NCBI GenBank assembly: GCA_963808125.1
Contig: CAWEEP010000007.1
Span: 12,820-76,819, forward strand
Origin: Candidatus Dormiibacterota bacterium
GTDB lineage: Bacteria > Chloroflexota > Dormibacteria > Aeolococcales > Aeolococcaceae
Length of the DNA stretch: 64,000 nt
Direction: 5' to 3'
A model generated the notes under the pieces. It was not told the origin of the DNA and did no database searches. It worked only from the letters and a program-made list of their open reading frames with translations. The translations under genes and the position numbers were made by a program. Shown piece by piece: positions 37,799-46,895 of this stretch. Each line of letters begins with the position of its first letter. Position 1 is the stretch's first letter.

Positions 37799-38449
37799 TC
37801 AGGCGTCCGGAGCGGGCGTGGCCTCGGCGGCCGCCGGCTCGAACGGATCCTCGATCGGCGCCAGCGCCTGCCGCACCAACTCCGGGACCGGAGCGGCCAG
37901 GTTGGCCAGCGCCACCACCACGAGGAGCGCGCCCACCCACCAGAACCCGGGGTCCGGGGCGCTCGAGACGAGACCACCGGGAATGCCGAAGTGCGCCTCG
38001 AGAACGCCGGCCATGCGCATGCTGTTGAAGAAGAGAAGGGCGGCCGCCAGCAGGCAGAAGCCGGTCGTCATCCCCCTATACCACCGCCGCCCCCAGGCGC
38101 TGGCCGCCGCGGCGCCAGAATGGCGATCGCCGCCAGGACCACCCGGGGCTGCCATCCACGTCGCCTCCGGCAGCGTCACAACGTCGGTGAGGCAGCCGTG
38201 GTTGACGGATGGGGCTCCGCCCAGGGCGAGGACGATGCCGGTGTAACCAGCGATGCCCCCGTTGACGCAGCCGGCGGGGAGTCCACCCGAGCCCGGGAGT
38301 TGTTGCAGCTCCTTGATCAGCGCCGGGTCGAAACCGATGCGGACCATGCTGACGCCGAAGGCGCCGAGGGCCGCGATGAGGAGCAGGACCGAGGCGGCGC
38401 GGAGCACTCGGAACCGGCGGGAGGTTGCCATGGTCACGGGCGACACCAT
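37799..38449 (-). CDS. Hypothetical integral membrane protein
   Basis: 4 predicted TM helices (VLLLIAALGAFGV, GIAGYTGIVLALGG, FCLLAAALLFF, WWVGALLVVVALANL). Start uncertain (38431/38449/38494). Confidence 0.45.
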   Translation of the reverse strand: MVSPVTMATSRRFRVLRAASVLLLIAALGAFGVSMVRIGFDPALIKELQQLPGSGGLPAGCVNGGIAGYTGIVLALGGAPSVNHGCLTDVVTLPEATWMAAPGGPGGDRHSGAAAASAWGRRWYRGMTTGFCLLAAALLFFNSMRMAGVLEAHFGIPGGLVSSAPDPGFWWVGALLVVVALANLAAPVPELVRQALAPIEDPFEPAAAEATPAPDA

Positions 38450-38582
38450 ACAGCCCGGCGGGGCGGGGTCATGGAGGTTGGCGAGCGGCGGCATCGGGCC
38501 TCCCCCGTGTAATCTCGGCGTGCCCACGCCCGCAAGGAGCAGGACACCCCAGGTCGGGTGATGACAGGAGTGGAGGACGGCC

Positions 38583-39278
38583 GTGAAGGGGTGGCAGCGT
38601 CTCGTCCTGGTCGCCTCGCTGGTGGCCGTATCCGGCTGCGGCCTCGCCGGGCAGGGCACGCCGAAGCCGACCGCCACGGCACCACCGGGTTCGATCTACT
38701 CAGACAACTTCACCAACCCCAAGAGCGGCTGGCCGGTGACCTCCACCTCGGGCTATTCGACCCGCTACCTCTCCGGACCCGGCGGTTCCAGCTACGAGAT
38801 GAAGGTGAGCGGTCAGACCGCCATCCTCGCGCCGGCTCCGACATCCTCCACGCTGCCGCAATCGGTGCGAGTGACCGTGGGCGTCGCCGAGACGGGGGCT
38901 GGCACGGACAGCCATCTCGGTCTGGACTGCGATTACGGCGGCACCGACTACGTTCTCCAGGTGGGCGGTGAGGGGTACTTCGGCATCATCAAGCTGAGCG
39001 ATGGCGTCCTCGTCGCCGACCTGGCCAACTCCCTTGCGCTGGGGCCGAGCCAGGCGGTGATGAGCCCGCCCGCCATCAACCAGCTCAGCGCCAGTTGCAT
39101 CGACGCCGCGGGGTCGATCTCCCTCACCCTGAGCGTCAACGGCACCCAGGTCGCCGCCGCCACGGACAGCAACGCGCAGGCCGCCACCGCCAAGCTGCTG
39201 GTCAAGCTCCGCGACGAGCCCGGGAGCCAGGCGTCGCAGGCGCTGTTCTCGGACTTCACCATCTACGGGGCCGGCTGA
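38583..39278 (+). CDS. Hypothetical lipoprotein
   Basis: GTG start. Signal peptide with lipobox LVAVSGC. Beta-rich mature domain, no family recognised. Confidence 0.6.
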   Translation: MKGWQRLVLVASLVAVSGCGLAGQGTPKPTATAPPGSIYSDNFTNPKSGWPVTSTSGYSTRYLSGPGGSSYEMKVSGQTAILAPAPTSSTLPQSVRVTVGVAETGAGTDSHLGLDCDYGGTDYVLQVGGEGYFGIIKLSDGVLVADLANSLALGPSQAVMSPPAINQLSASCIDAAGSISLTLSVNGTQVAAATDSNAQAATAKLLVKLRDEPGSQASQALFSDFTIYGAG

Positions 39279-39287
39279 GGCACGCGG

Positions 39288-39971
39288 ATGAACGGTCGCC
39301 TCCCCCTCGGGTTCGCAACCGCGGCCGTCCTGCTCGTCGCGGCCTGCGGCTACACCGGCCCGCCCGCGTCGACGCTCCTGCAGCGGGCGGCCACGACCTT
39401 CGACGGCACGCAGTCCTTCCACGTCGTCCTCAGCAGCGAAAACGTGGCCGGGAGCGGCACGCTGCTGACCGGCGCCGTCGGCGACGCGGCACGCCCGGAC
39501 GGCTTCGCCGGCACGCTGGACGTGACCGAGTCCGGGCTGCCGCTCCAGATTGGCGTCGTCTCCGCCAGCGGCAGCTTCTACGCCCGCCTCCCCTTCGCCA
39601 CCGTCTACGTGAAGGCCGATCCGACACAGTACGGGTTCGCCGACCCGGGGCGCCTGCTCGATCCCACTACGGGGATCTCCACCCTGATCACCGGGGCACG
39701 CCACGCCAGCGTGTCCGGCGAGGTGCGACAGGACGGCGAGACCCTGGTGCAGGTGAACGCCCAGGTGCCGGGGACGCTCGTGGCGGCTTTGCTCACCGAC
39801 GCCGATCCCAGTCATGGCGTCGCCATCACCTTCAGCATCGACCCCGGCACCGACCAGGTCCGCCAGGTCGACCTCACTGGCCCCCTCTTCGAGAAGGGGG
39901 ACCAGAGCACCTATCACCTGGTTCTCGACAAGTATGGCGAGAACATGAGCATCACCCCGCCCCCAACGTGA
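39288..39971 (+). CDS. lprG: LppX/LprAFG-family lipoprotein (LprG-like)
   Basis: Lipobox LLVAAC. LLQRAATTFDGTQSFHVVL...GAVGDAARPDGFAGTLDV...SGSFYARLPF..DPGRLLDPTTGISTLI.. is collinear with LprG/LppX. Stop overlaps the start of the MFS pump. Confidence 0.75.
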   Translation: MNGRLPLGFATAAVLLVAACGYTGPPASTLLQRAATTFDGTQSFHVVLSSENVAGSGTLLTGAVGDAARPDGFAGTLDVTESGLPLQIGVVSASGSFYARLPFATVYVKADPTQYGFADPGRLLDPTTGISTLITGARHASVSGEVRQDGETLVQVNAQVPGTLVAALLTDADPSHGVAITFSIDPGTDQVRQVDLTGPLFEKGDQSTYHLVLDKYGENMSITPPPT

Positions 39972-41802
39972 GCACGGACCGACCCGGGACCGCCGAGGCG
40001 GGCGTCCCACCCCGTTCGGGATGGCGGCTCGGCTTCGCCGCGGCACTGGTGATGTTGGCGGCGGCCGACACGTACGTGGTCGTCCTTGCTCTGCCGTCGA
40101 TCATGGCCGGGATCGGCCTGAGCCTCGATCATCTGGAGGCGGCCACCCCCATCGTCAGCGGCTTCCTGCTCGGCTACGTGGCCCTCCTGCCCCTCCTCGG
40201 ACGGCTCTCCGACCGGGTGGGCCGGGCGCCCGTCTTCGCCGGCTGCCTGGTCGTGTTCGCCTTCGGTTCACTGGTCACGGCTTCGGCGCAGGACCTGACC
40301 GGAGCCGTGGTGGGCAGGGCCCTGCAGGGCGCCGGCGGCGGCGGCCTCGTGCCCGTGACCCTGGCCATCGTCGCCGACCTCTGGCCTGCCGGCCGCCGGG
40401 GCGTCCCCCTCGGCGTGGTCGGCGCCGTCCAGGAACTGGGCTCGGTGCTCGGCCCCCTCTACGGAGCGGCCATCCTCACCATCTCGACCTGGCGGCTGAT
40501 CTTCTCGCTCAATCTACCCCTGGCGGCCATCCTCGGCGCCGGCTTCCTCCTGGCCCGGCCGCTTCCGCCCCCAGGAGCGGCGGCGGGACAGCGCCGCCAG
40601 CCGGACGCCGCCGGCGCCCTGCTCCTCGGCATCGCCCTCTGCGCCGGAGCGCTCGCCATCGCCGCGCCGGGGGTCCTTGCCGAGAGCCTCGTCTGGGGGA
40701 GTCCTGTACTCCCCGCTGCTGGGGGGTTCGGCCTGGACGACCCCAATGGCCCTGGCCGCCCTCACCGCCACCGCCCTCTTCTGCGGGTGGGAGGCCACCG
40801 GCAACGCCGCTGCGACGAGGCTCCTCCCCATGCGGCGGCTCCCCGCCCTGTGGCAGCAGCTCGACGGGCTCGGCGGGCTCCTCCTCGCCACGCTGCTGGG
40901 CTGCATCGTCGTCAGCTTCTCCACTGCCGACCCCCGCCAGGCTCTTGTCTCGCCCGCCGCCATCTTCCTCCTGCCCGTCGGGGCGCTCGTTCTCGCCGCC
41001 TTCGTGGTCCGGGAGCGCCGCTCCGCGCGGGCGCTGGTGCCGCTGCGGGAGATCGGCCACCCCGGCCGCCCTGGGGGCCCTGCTCACCAACCTAGCGATC
41101 GGCGCCGCGCTGATGGCCGCCCTGGTGGACGTACCCATCTTCGCCAGGGCCACCGCGGACCCCAACTCACAGTTGGCGGCCGCCCTGGTCCTCGTCCGCC
41201 TCCTGGTCGCGATCCCGGTCGGGGCACTGGCCGGCGGCCTTCTGTGCGAGCGCTTCGGCTACCGCCTCACGACGGCGGCGGGGATGGCCCTGTCCACGGC
41301 GATGTTCGTCCTCATGGCGAGATGGGGGACGACCTCGATCGGCTCGGGGTTCCGTCCCAGCGACCCGGTGCTGGTCGGCTGCGGGCTGGGCTTCGGGCTC
41401 GCCATCGCCCCCATCAACGCGGCCATCCTCGGCGCCGTGTCCCAGGCGCGGCACGGGCTGGCCGCCGCCCTCGTGGTGGTGGCCCGCATGATGGGCATGC
41501 TGGTGGGTGTGTCGCTGCTGACGGCGATCGGGCTGCACGCCTTCTACCAGGACATCGCCACCGTCCCCTCCCCGGCCGCCCTCTGCCCGGACCACCCGCT
41601 CAGCTGTTCCTCCTACAACACGCTGTTGCAGTCCGCGCTCCTCAACGATTTGCGCACGGTGTTCCTCGCCGCGGCGGTGTGCACCGCCCTGGCCGGCGTG
41701 GTCGGCGGGTTGATGCTCCGGCGGTGCGGCGACCGCCGGGCCAACGCGATGGAGGCGGCGCTCGGGAGCGTAGGGCGGGCACCGCCTCTGATTCGGACAT
41801 AG
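39968..41802 (+). CDS. MFS (DHA2-type, 14-TM) efflux transporter, P55/Rv1410c-like; two frameshifts
   Basis: GTG 39968. DTYVVVLALPSI, LGRLSDRVGRAP (motif A), GRALQGAGGGGL. The frame changes near ~40,690 and ~41,060, and the three pieces are collinear with one transporter. Confidence 0.8.
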
Positions 41803-41833
41803 ACTTCGGCTCCATGCCGGCACGTCTCCGACC

Positions 41834-43204
41834 GTGCCTCCCCGTCTCGACATCGATCGCGTGCTCGAGCTGCTCCGGCTTACCGCCGGGGAGCTGGGGA
41901 TCGAGGCCTATCTGGTGGGCGGCTTCGTCCGCGACCGGCTGCTCGGCCGCGAGGGCAAGGACATCGACCTGGTGGTCGTCGGCGGCAGCGGGCTGCGCCT
42001 GCTGGAAGAGGTGGCCGCCAAGCTCGGTTGGCCCCGGCCGGCCGTCTTCGAGCGCTTCGGCACCGCCCAAGTGCGTGGCGGCGACATCGTCGTGGAGGTG
42101 GTCCAGGCCCGCGCCGAACGGTACGACCCCGAGTCGCGCAAGCCCGACGTCCGGCCCGGAAGCCTGGAGGACGACATCCGGCGGCGCGACTTCACCGTCA
42201 ACGCCCTGGCGCAGAGCCTGGACGGGCGGGTCCTCGACCTGACAGGACAAGGGCTCGACGACCTCCGCGACGGTGTCCTCCGCACTCCGCTGGACCCGGC
42301 GGACACCTTCTCCGAAGACCCCCTCCGGATGTTCCGCGCCGCCAGGTTCGTTGCGCAGCTCGGCTTCCGCCTCGCCGGCGGCCTCCCCGAGGCGATGCGG
42401 GCCATGGCCCACCGTGCCACCATCCTCTCGTCCGAGCGGGTTCGCGACGAGGTGTGCCGCCTCCTTGTCTCGCCGCATCCCCGTGAGGGCATGGACACGC
42501 TCCTGGACACCGGCCTGATCGGTGTCGCCATCCCCGAGCTGCTCCCCATGGTGGGGCTGGAGCAGGGGGGATGGCATCTCTACGACGTCTGGGGGCACAC
42601 GGTGCGGGCCGTCGAGCTCGCGCCGCCCGATCTGGTCACGCGCCTCGGCTGCCTCTTCCACGATGCCGGCAAGCTGGAGACGCATGCCATCGCCCCCGAC
42701 GGGAGGCACACCTTCTATGACCACCCCCGTGCCGGAGCAGGGATGGCGCAGGCGGTCATGACCCGCCTGCGCTTCAGCACCGACGAGATTTCCCAGGTGT
42801 CGAGCCTTGTGCTCCACCACATGTGGCCGATCCAATACCGCCCCGACCAGGTCGGCGACGGGGCGGTGCGGCGCTTCATCCGCACGATCGGTCCGCTGCG
42901 GTCGCGGCTCCTGGAGGTGGCCCGTGCCGACACCCGCGCCTCCGCCTTCGAGGACGTCGGGGCGATTGACGAGCTGGAGGAGAGGATGGCCCGGCTCGAA
43001 CTCGGACAACCGGGTGACCCGCCTCAAGCCGCCGCTCGGCGGGCGCGAGCTGATGAGGATGGCGGGGAGGCACGGCGGTCCGTGGGTGGGCAAGGCGCAG
43101 CGGGCTTCGGTGGAGGCAGTCCTCGATGGCGACTCCCCGGCGACGATCCCGAGGCGGCCCGTGCCTGGCTGACCGCCCATCCGGACCTTCTTGCCGGCGT
43201 CTGA
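41834..43204 (+). CDS. cca: CCA-adding tRNA nucleotidyltransferase with HD domain
   Basis: LVGGFVRDRLLGREGKDIDLVV, RRDFTVNALA, and an HD region HLYDVWGHT..FHDAGK. Confidence 0.88.
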   Translation: MPPRLDIDRVLELLRLTAGELGIEAYLVGGFVRDRLLGREGKDIDLVVVGGSGLRLLEEVAAKLGWPRPAVFERFGTAQVRGGDIVVEVVQARAERYDPESRKPDVRPGSLEDDIRRRDFTVNALAQSLDGRVLDLTGQGLDDLRDGVLRTPLDPADTFSEDPLRMFRAARFVAQLGFRLAGGLPEAMRAMAHRATILSSERVRDEVCRLLVSPHPREGMDTLLDTGLIGVAIPELLPMVGLEQGGWHLYDVWGHTVRAVELAPPDLVTRLGCLFHDAGKLETHAIAPDGRHTFYDHPRAGAGMAQAVMTRLRFSTDEISQVSSLVLHHMWPIQYRPDQVGDGAVRRFIRTIGPLRSRLLEVARADTRASAFEDVGAIDELEERMARLELGQPGDPPQAAARRARADEDGGEARRSVGGQGAAGFGGGSPRWRLPGDDPEAARAWLTAHPDLLAGV

Positions 43205-43249
43205 GGCCGCGGCCCGGGGCTTCATGGGTCCGCGTAGAATCGGTCGTCC

Positions 43250-43711
43250 ATGTTCCACCGGGTGCGCTGGTTCAAGCGCCTGGTCCGCGACCTGCCGCAG
43301 CAGCTGAGGCTCGCCTACTGCCTCTTCCGCGACCCGCGCGTGCCCCTCGCGGCAAAGGCCGGGGTCGCCGCCGCCCTCGGGCTCATCCTCACCCCGGTCA
43401 TCGACATCCCCGAGGACGTGCCCCTGCTCGGCGAGCTGGACGTGGTTGCCCTGACCCTGCTGACACTGAGGCTCTTCATCGTGATCAGCCCGCCCGAGGT
43501 CGTGGCCGAGCAGGAGCAACTCATCATCGAGCAGCGCAGCCGCTTCGATGAGGACCTCCAGGCCGGGGGCAGGCTGGCCACGGCGATATGGCGCCGGCTG
43601 CGCCCCCCGAAGGCGGACGAGCCCGGCGACGGGTGGTGGATCGACGCAAGCGGTAACGGAGCGGAAGGTGGCGCCGACCGGGCGCCCGAGAGGAGCGGCG
43701 TGCACGCATGA
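43250..43711 (+). CDS. DUF1232 (YkvA-like) membrane protein
   Basis: FRDPRVPLAAKAGVAAALGLILTPVIDIPEDVPLLGELDVVAL matches the DUF1232 core. Confidence 0.7.
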   Translation: MFHRVRWFKRLVRDLPQQLRLAYCLFRDPRVPLAAKAGVAAALGLILTPVIDIPEDVPLLGELDVVALTLLTLRLFIVISPPEVVAEQEQLIIEQRSRFDEDLQAGGRLATAIWRRLRPPKADEPGDGWWIDASGNGAEGGADRAPERSGVHA

Positions 43712-44154
43712 AGGTCTATTTCCTGAAAGAGGTTCCGGGAACCGCGCACGCCGGGGAGGTCAAGGAGGTCGCGCCAGGCCACGCTCGCAACTTCCTGTTC
43801 CCCAACAAGGTGGCGGTGGCCGCCGACGACAAGATGGTGGAGCAGATCCGCCAGCGCGAGGAGGCGACGCGCCGCCGCGCCGAGAAGGCGCTCACCGACG
43901 CCAGGGAGCTGAGCGTCCGGCTGCGCAAGCTGACCGTCACCATTTACGCCAAGACGGGTGAGGCGGGCCGGTTGTTCGGCTCGGTCACCAACGCCGACAT
44001 CGCCCAGCAGCTGAAGCGCGAGGCCGGTGTCGAGATCGACAAGCGCAAGATCGCCGTCGACCCGCCGATCAAGTCCCTCGGACCTCACGAGGTGGAGATC
44101 GAGCTGCATCCGGAGGTCACGGAAACACTCCGCATCGTCGTCGCCGCGAGGTGA
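43708..44154 (+). CDS. rplI: 50S ribosomal protein L9
   Basis: MKVYFLKEVPGTAHAGEVKEVAPGHARNFLFPNK.. Confidence 0.93.
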   Translation: MKVYFLKEVPGTAHAGEVKEVAPGHARNFLFPNKVAVAADDKMVEQIRQREEATRRRAEKALTDARELSVRLRKLTVTIYAKTGEAGRLFGSVTNADIAQQLKREAGVEIDKRKIAVDPPIKSLGPHEVEIELHPEVTETLRIVVAAR

Positions 44155-45470
44155 GCACGCCGCCGCAGGAGCTGCGGGGGCCGGCACTAGCGGTTTCCAG
44201 CGTGCCGGCGGGACGGGTGCTTCCCCATGACCTCGACGCCGAGCAGGCGGTGCTTGGCTGCCTTCTCATCGACGCCAACGCCATCGTCGAGATCCGCGAC
44301 CTCCTCGGGCCAGGCGACTTCTACGCTGAGAAGCACGCCGCCATCTGGCGCGCCGCCATCGCCCTTTCAGATCGCGGCGAGCCGGTGGACGTCCTCACCC
44401 TCAAGGTGCAGATGGAGCACGACGGCTCGCTGTCGCGGAGCGGCGGCCTCGAGTACCTCGCCGAGCTGAGCCAGAAGATGCCGACCGCGGTCTCGGTGCG
44501 CCACTACGCCCAGATCCTCGTCGACGCCTCCCTGCGCCGACGCCTCATCTCCGCCGGCGGCGAGCTGACCCAGCTCGCCTTCGACGCCCGCGCGACGACG
44601 GCCGACATCCTCGACGCCGCCGAACAGCGCGTGTTCGGCATCGCCAACTCCCGGCGAGGCCTCGAGGTCACCCACATCGCCCAACTGCTGACCGAGACCT
44701 GGGAGCTGATGGACAAGCGCGCCCGAGCCGCCAGATCGTCCACGGCGTCCCCACGAACTACACCAAGCTCGACGCGGTCACCCAGGGCTTCCAACCCGGC
44801 GAGCTCATCGTCCTCGCCGCACGCCCATCCGTGGGCAAGACCTCGCTCGCCCTCAATATCACCCGCAACGCGGCGGTGCTGGCACAGCGCTCCGTGGCCG
44901 TGTTCAGCCTGGAGATCAGCAAGCAGGCCCTGGTGCAGCGCCTGATCTGCAGCGAGGCCAAGGTGGACGCCTTCCTCATCAGCACCGGACAGGCGGATTC
45001 GCAGTCCTACCAGCGCATCGCCCACGCCATGGACCGCCTGACCCAGGCCAACATCTGGATCGACGACACGCCGGCCCTGCCCATCTCCGAGCTGCGCGCC
45101 CGCGCCCGCCGCATGAAGGCGCAGCACAACATCGACATGGTGGTGGTCGACTACCTGCAGCTGATGCGCGGCGGCCGGCAGGAGTCGCGGGTGGCGGAGG
45201 TCTCCGACATCTCCAGCGGTCTCAAGTCCATCGCCAAGGAGCTGAACATCCCGGTGCTCGCCCTCTCCCAGCTCTCCCGCGAATCGGAGCGCCGCGAGAA
45301 CCGCAAGCCACAGCTGAGCGACCTGAGAGATTCGGGGAGCATTGAGCAGGACGCAGACGTCGTGCTCTTCCTCTACCGTCCAGGCATGCACAAGGACGAC
45401 GTCGATCGTTCGGTCACCGAGCTGCTCGTGGAGAAGAACCGCAACGGCCCGACGACGAAGATCGGGGGGC
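44151..45470 (+). CDS. dnaB: Replicative DNA helicase DnaB: one frameshift (~44,725) and 3'-truncated at a sequence junction
   Basis: PHDLDAEQAVLGCLL.., Walker A ARPSVGKTSLALN, DYLQLM, LSQLSRESE, SGSIEQDADVV, EKNRNGPT... The conserved last ~25 aa and the stop are absent. Confidence 0.88.
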
Positions 45471-45479
45471 CAATCGCCC

Positions 45480-45845
45480 TGAAACAGTCGGTGAACGCGC
45501 TCGCCGCCGAGGACCTCGTCGCCAAGCGCGATCGCATCCGCAAGGCGAGGAACAGCCGGCTCACCTCGAGGATCGTCGAAGGCCTGGAGCACGATCTGCA
45601 TGTCGACACGGTGCTGAAATGTCAAAATCGAGCAGTTGCGCGACGCGATCCGGCGCAGCCAGCTTCCGCTGGTCGCCGCCACCCACGAGACCTTCAAGCG
45701 TTATCGGGACGCAAGGGGAATGACCACGCTGCTGGCCGAACATGAAGCGGTGTTCGAGCATTTGATCGACGGTCGATGGGACGAGACGGTACCGGCGCGC
45801 TGGAGGGTCACCTTCGCCGGTCCGTCGCGCCGAGCATGGCGCTGA
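45480..45845 (+). pseudogene. Unassigned coding fragment (helical, possibly the ligand-binding tail of a transcription regulator)
   Basis: ..IEQLRDAIRRSQLPLVAATHETFKRYRDARGMTTLLAEHEAVFEHLIDGRWDE.. ends at TGA 45843-45845. Codon usage differs from the first 45 kb. Family not securely recognised. Confidence 0.25.
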
Positions 45846-46031
45846 TGAACCGGTTCGATCCGCTGCCCGCCGATCGACGCGTCCCCCTTCCTGGTCAAGG
45901 TCGGATAGAGGGATCGGGCGCCGCGCGTCGTCGAAGCGCCGCGGCGCGCGCGCAGGGATTGCGCGGCCGTCGAACCGGCGGGCGACGACCGCCTCCCGCC
46001 GCGTCCCGACTCGGCGCTATGGTTCGCCGCC

Positions 46032-46635
46032 ATGAACGAAATCGAACTGGCCGGGCTCGCGTCGATGATCGCCGAGGCTGAGACTCGAGGGGCCCGGCGG
46101 AGACTGCGCTGGTCCGGGGTTCTGCGAGCGGGCGGTCGCCGCCGGCCTGCCGCTCGCCCGCGCGCTCGTGTTCATCGACACCTTGCATCCGGTCTATGAG
46201 GGCCGGTTGTTTCGCTGGGAGCGCAGCCAGCCCGAGGCGACGGTTTCGCCGTACGGCCGCAGCGCCGAGGGCGAGGCGGCCGAGCGCTGGCGCGCCAGCC
46301 CGTCTACCGGCTGCTGGCGAGCGGCAAATCGCTGCTGCGCCGGCGCATCACCGCCGACAACCAAACCGAGTTCGACAATTTTCCCGAGCTGCGCGCCGCC
46401 TCGATCACCGAATATGTGGCGATCATCAGCCGCTTCGCCGCCGACCGGGCGATCGGCGGGAATGGATTGCGTCTATTCCTCATGGATGACCGACCGCGCC
46501 GACGGCTTCGACGACGGCGACATCGCGGCGCTCGAGCGGCTGATGCCGTTCTTCGCCCTGGCGGTGAAATGCGCCTCGCTCGGCCGCATCGCCGAGACCC
46601 TGGTCGAGACCTATCTCGGCCGCGACGCCGGGTGT
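46032..46635 (+). pseudogene. N-terminal regulatory region of a class III adenylate cyclase (alphaproteobacterial type), frameshifted and lacking the cyclase domain
   Basis: MNEIELAGLASMIAEA..; shifted frames give AVAAGLPLARALVFIDTLHPVYEGRLFRWERSQPE.., ..ITEYVAIISRFA.., SSWMTDRADGFDDGDIAALERLMPFFALAVKCASLGRIAETLVETYLGRDAG. This is the region that normally precedes ..IWxSDLRGFT, which is absent here. Confidence 0.55.
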
Positions 46636-46895
46636 CCGTGTCGCACCCCTCTACTGCCGTTTTTCGCCGGCAGAGGAGGGCTACCGCCTCGATCTGAACG
46701 CCGTAGCGATTATCTGGGCTGCGGGCGTATCGTCGGCACTCGGAAAGTGGCCGGAAACCGCGCTGGAGGAGATCGCGATTGCCACAGGTGTCGCCAGTTT
46801 GTGCGCTTCCCCCCAACGCGACTTCGCGGTCCTTTGCCCGCTTTTGCGGCTTAGGTGTTTGACGGCCGGGTGGCGGAACCACTAGCGTCGGACCT

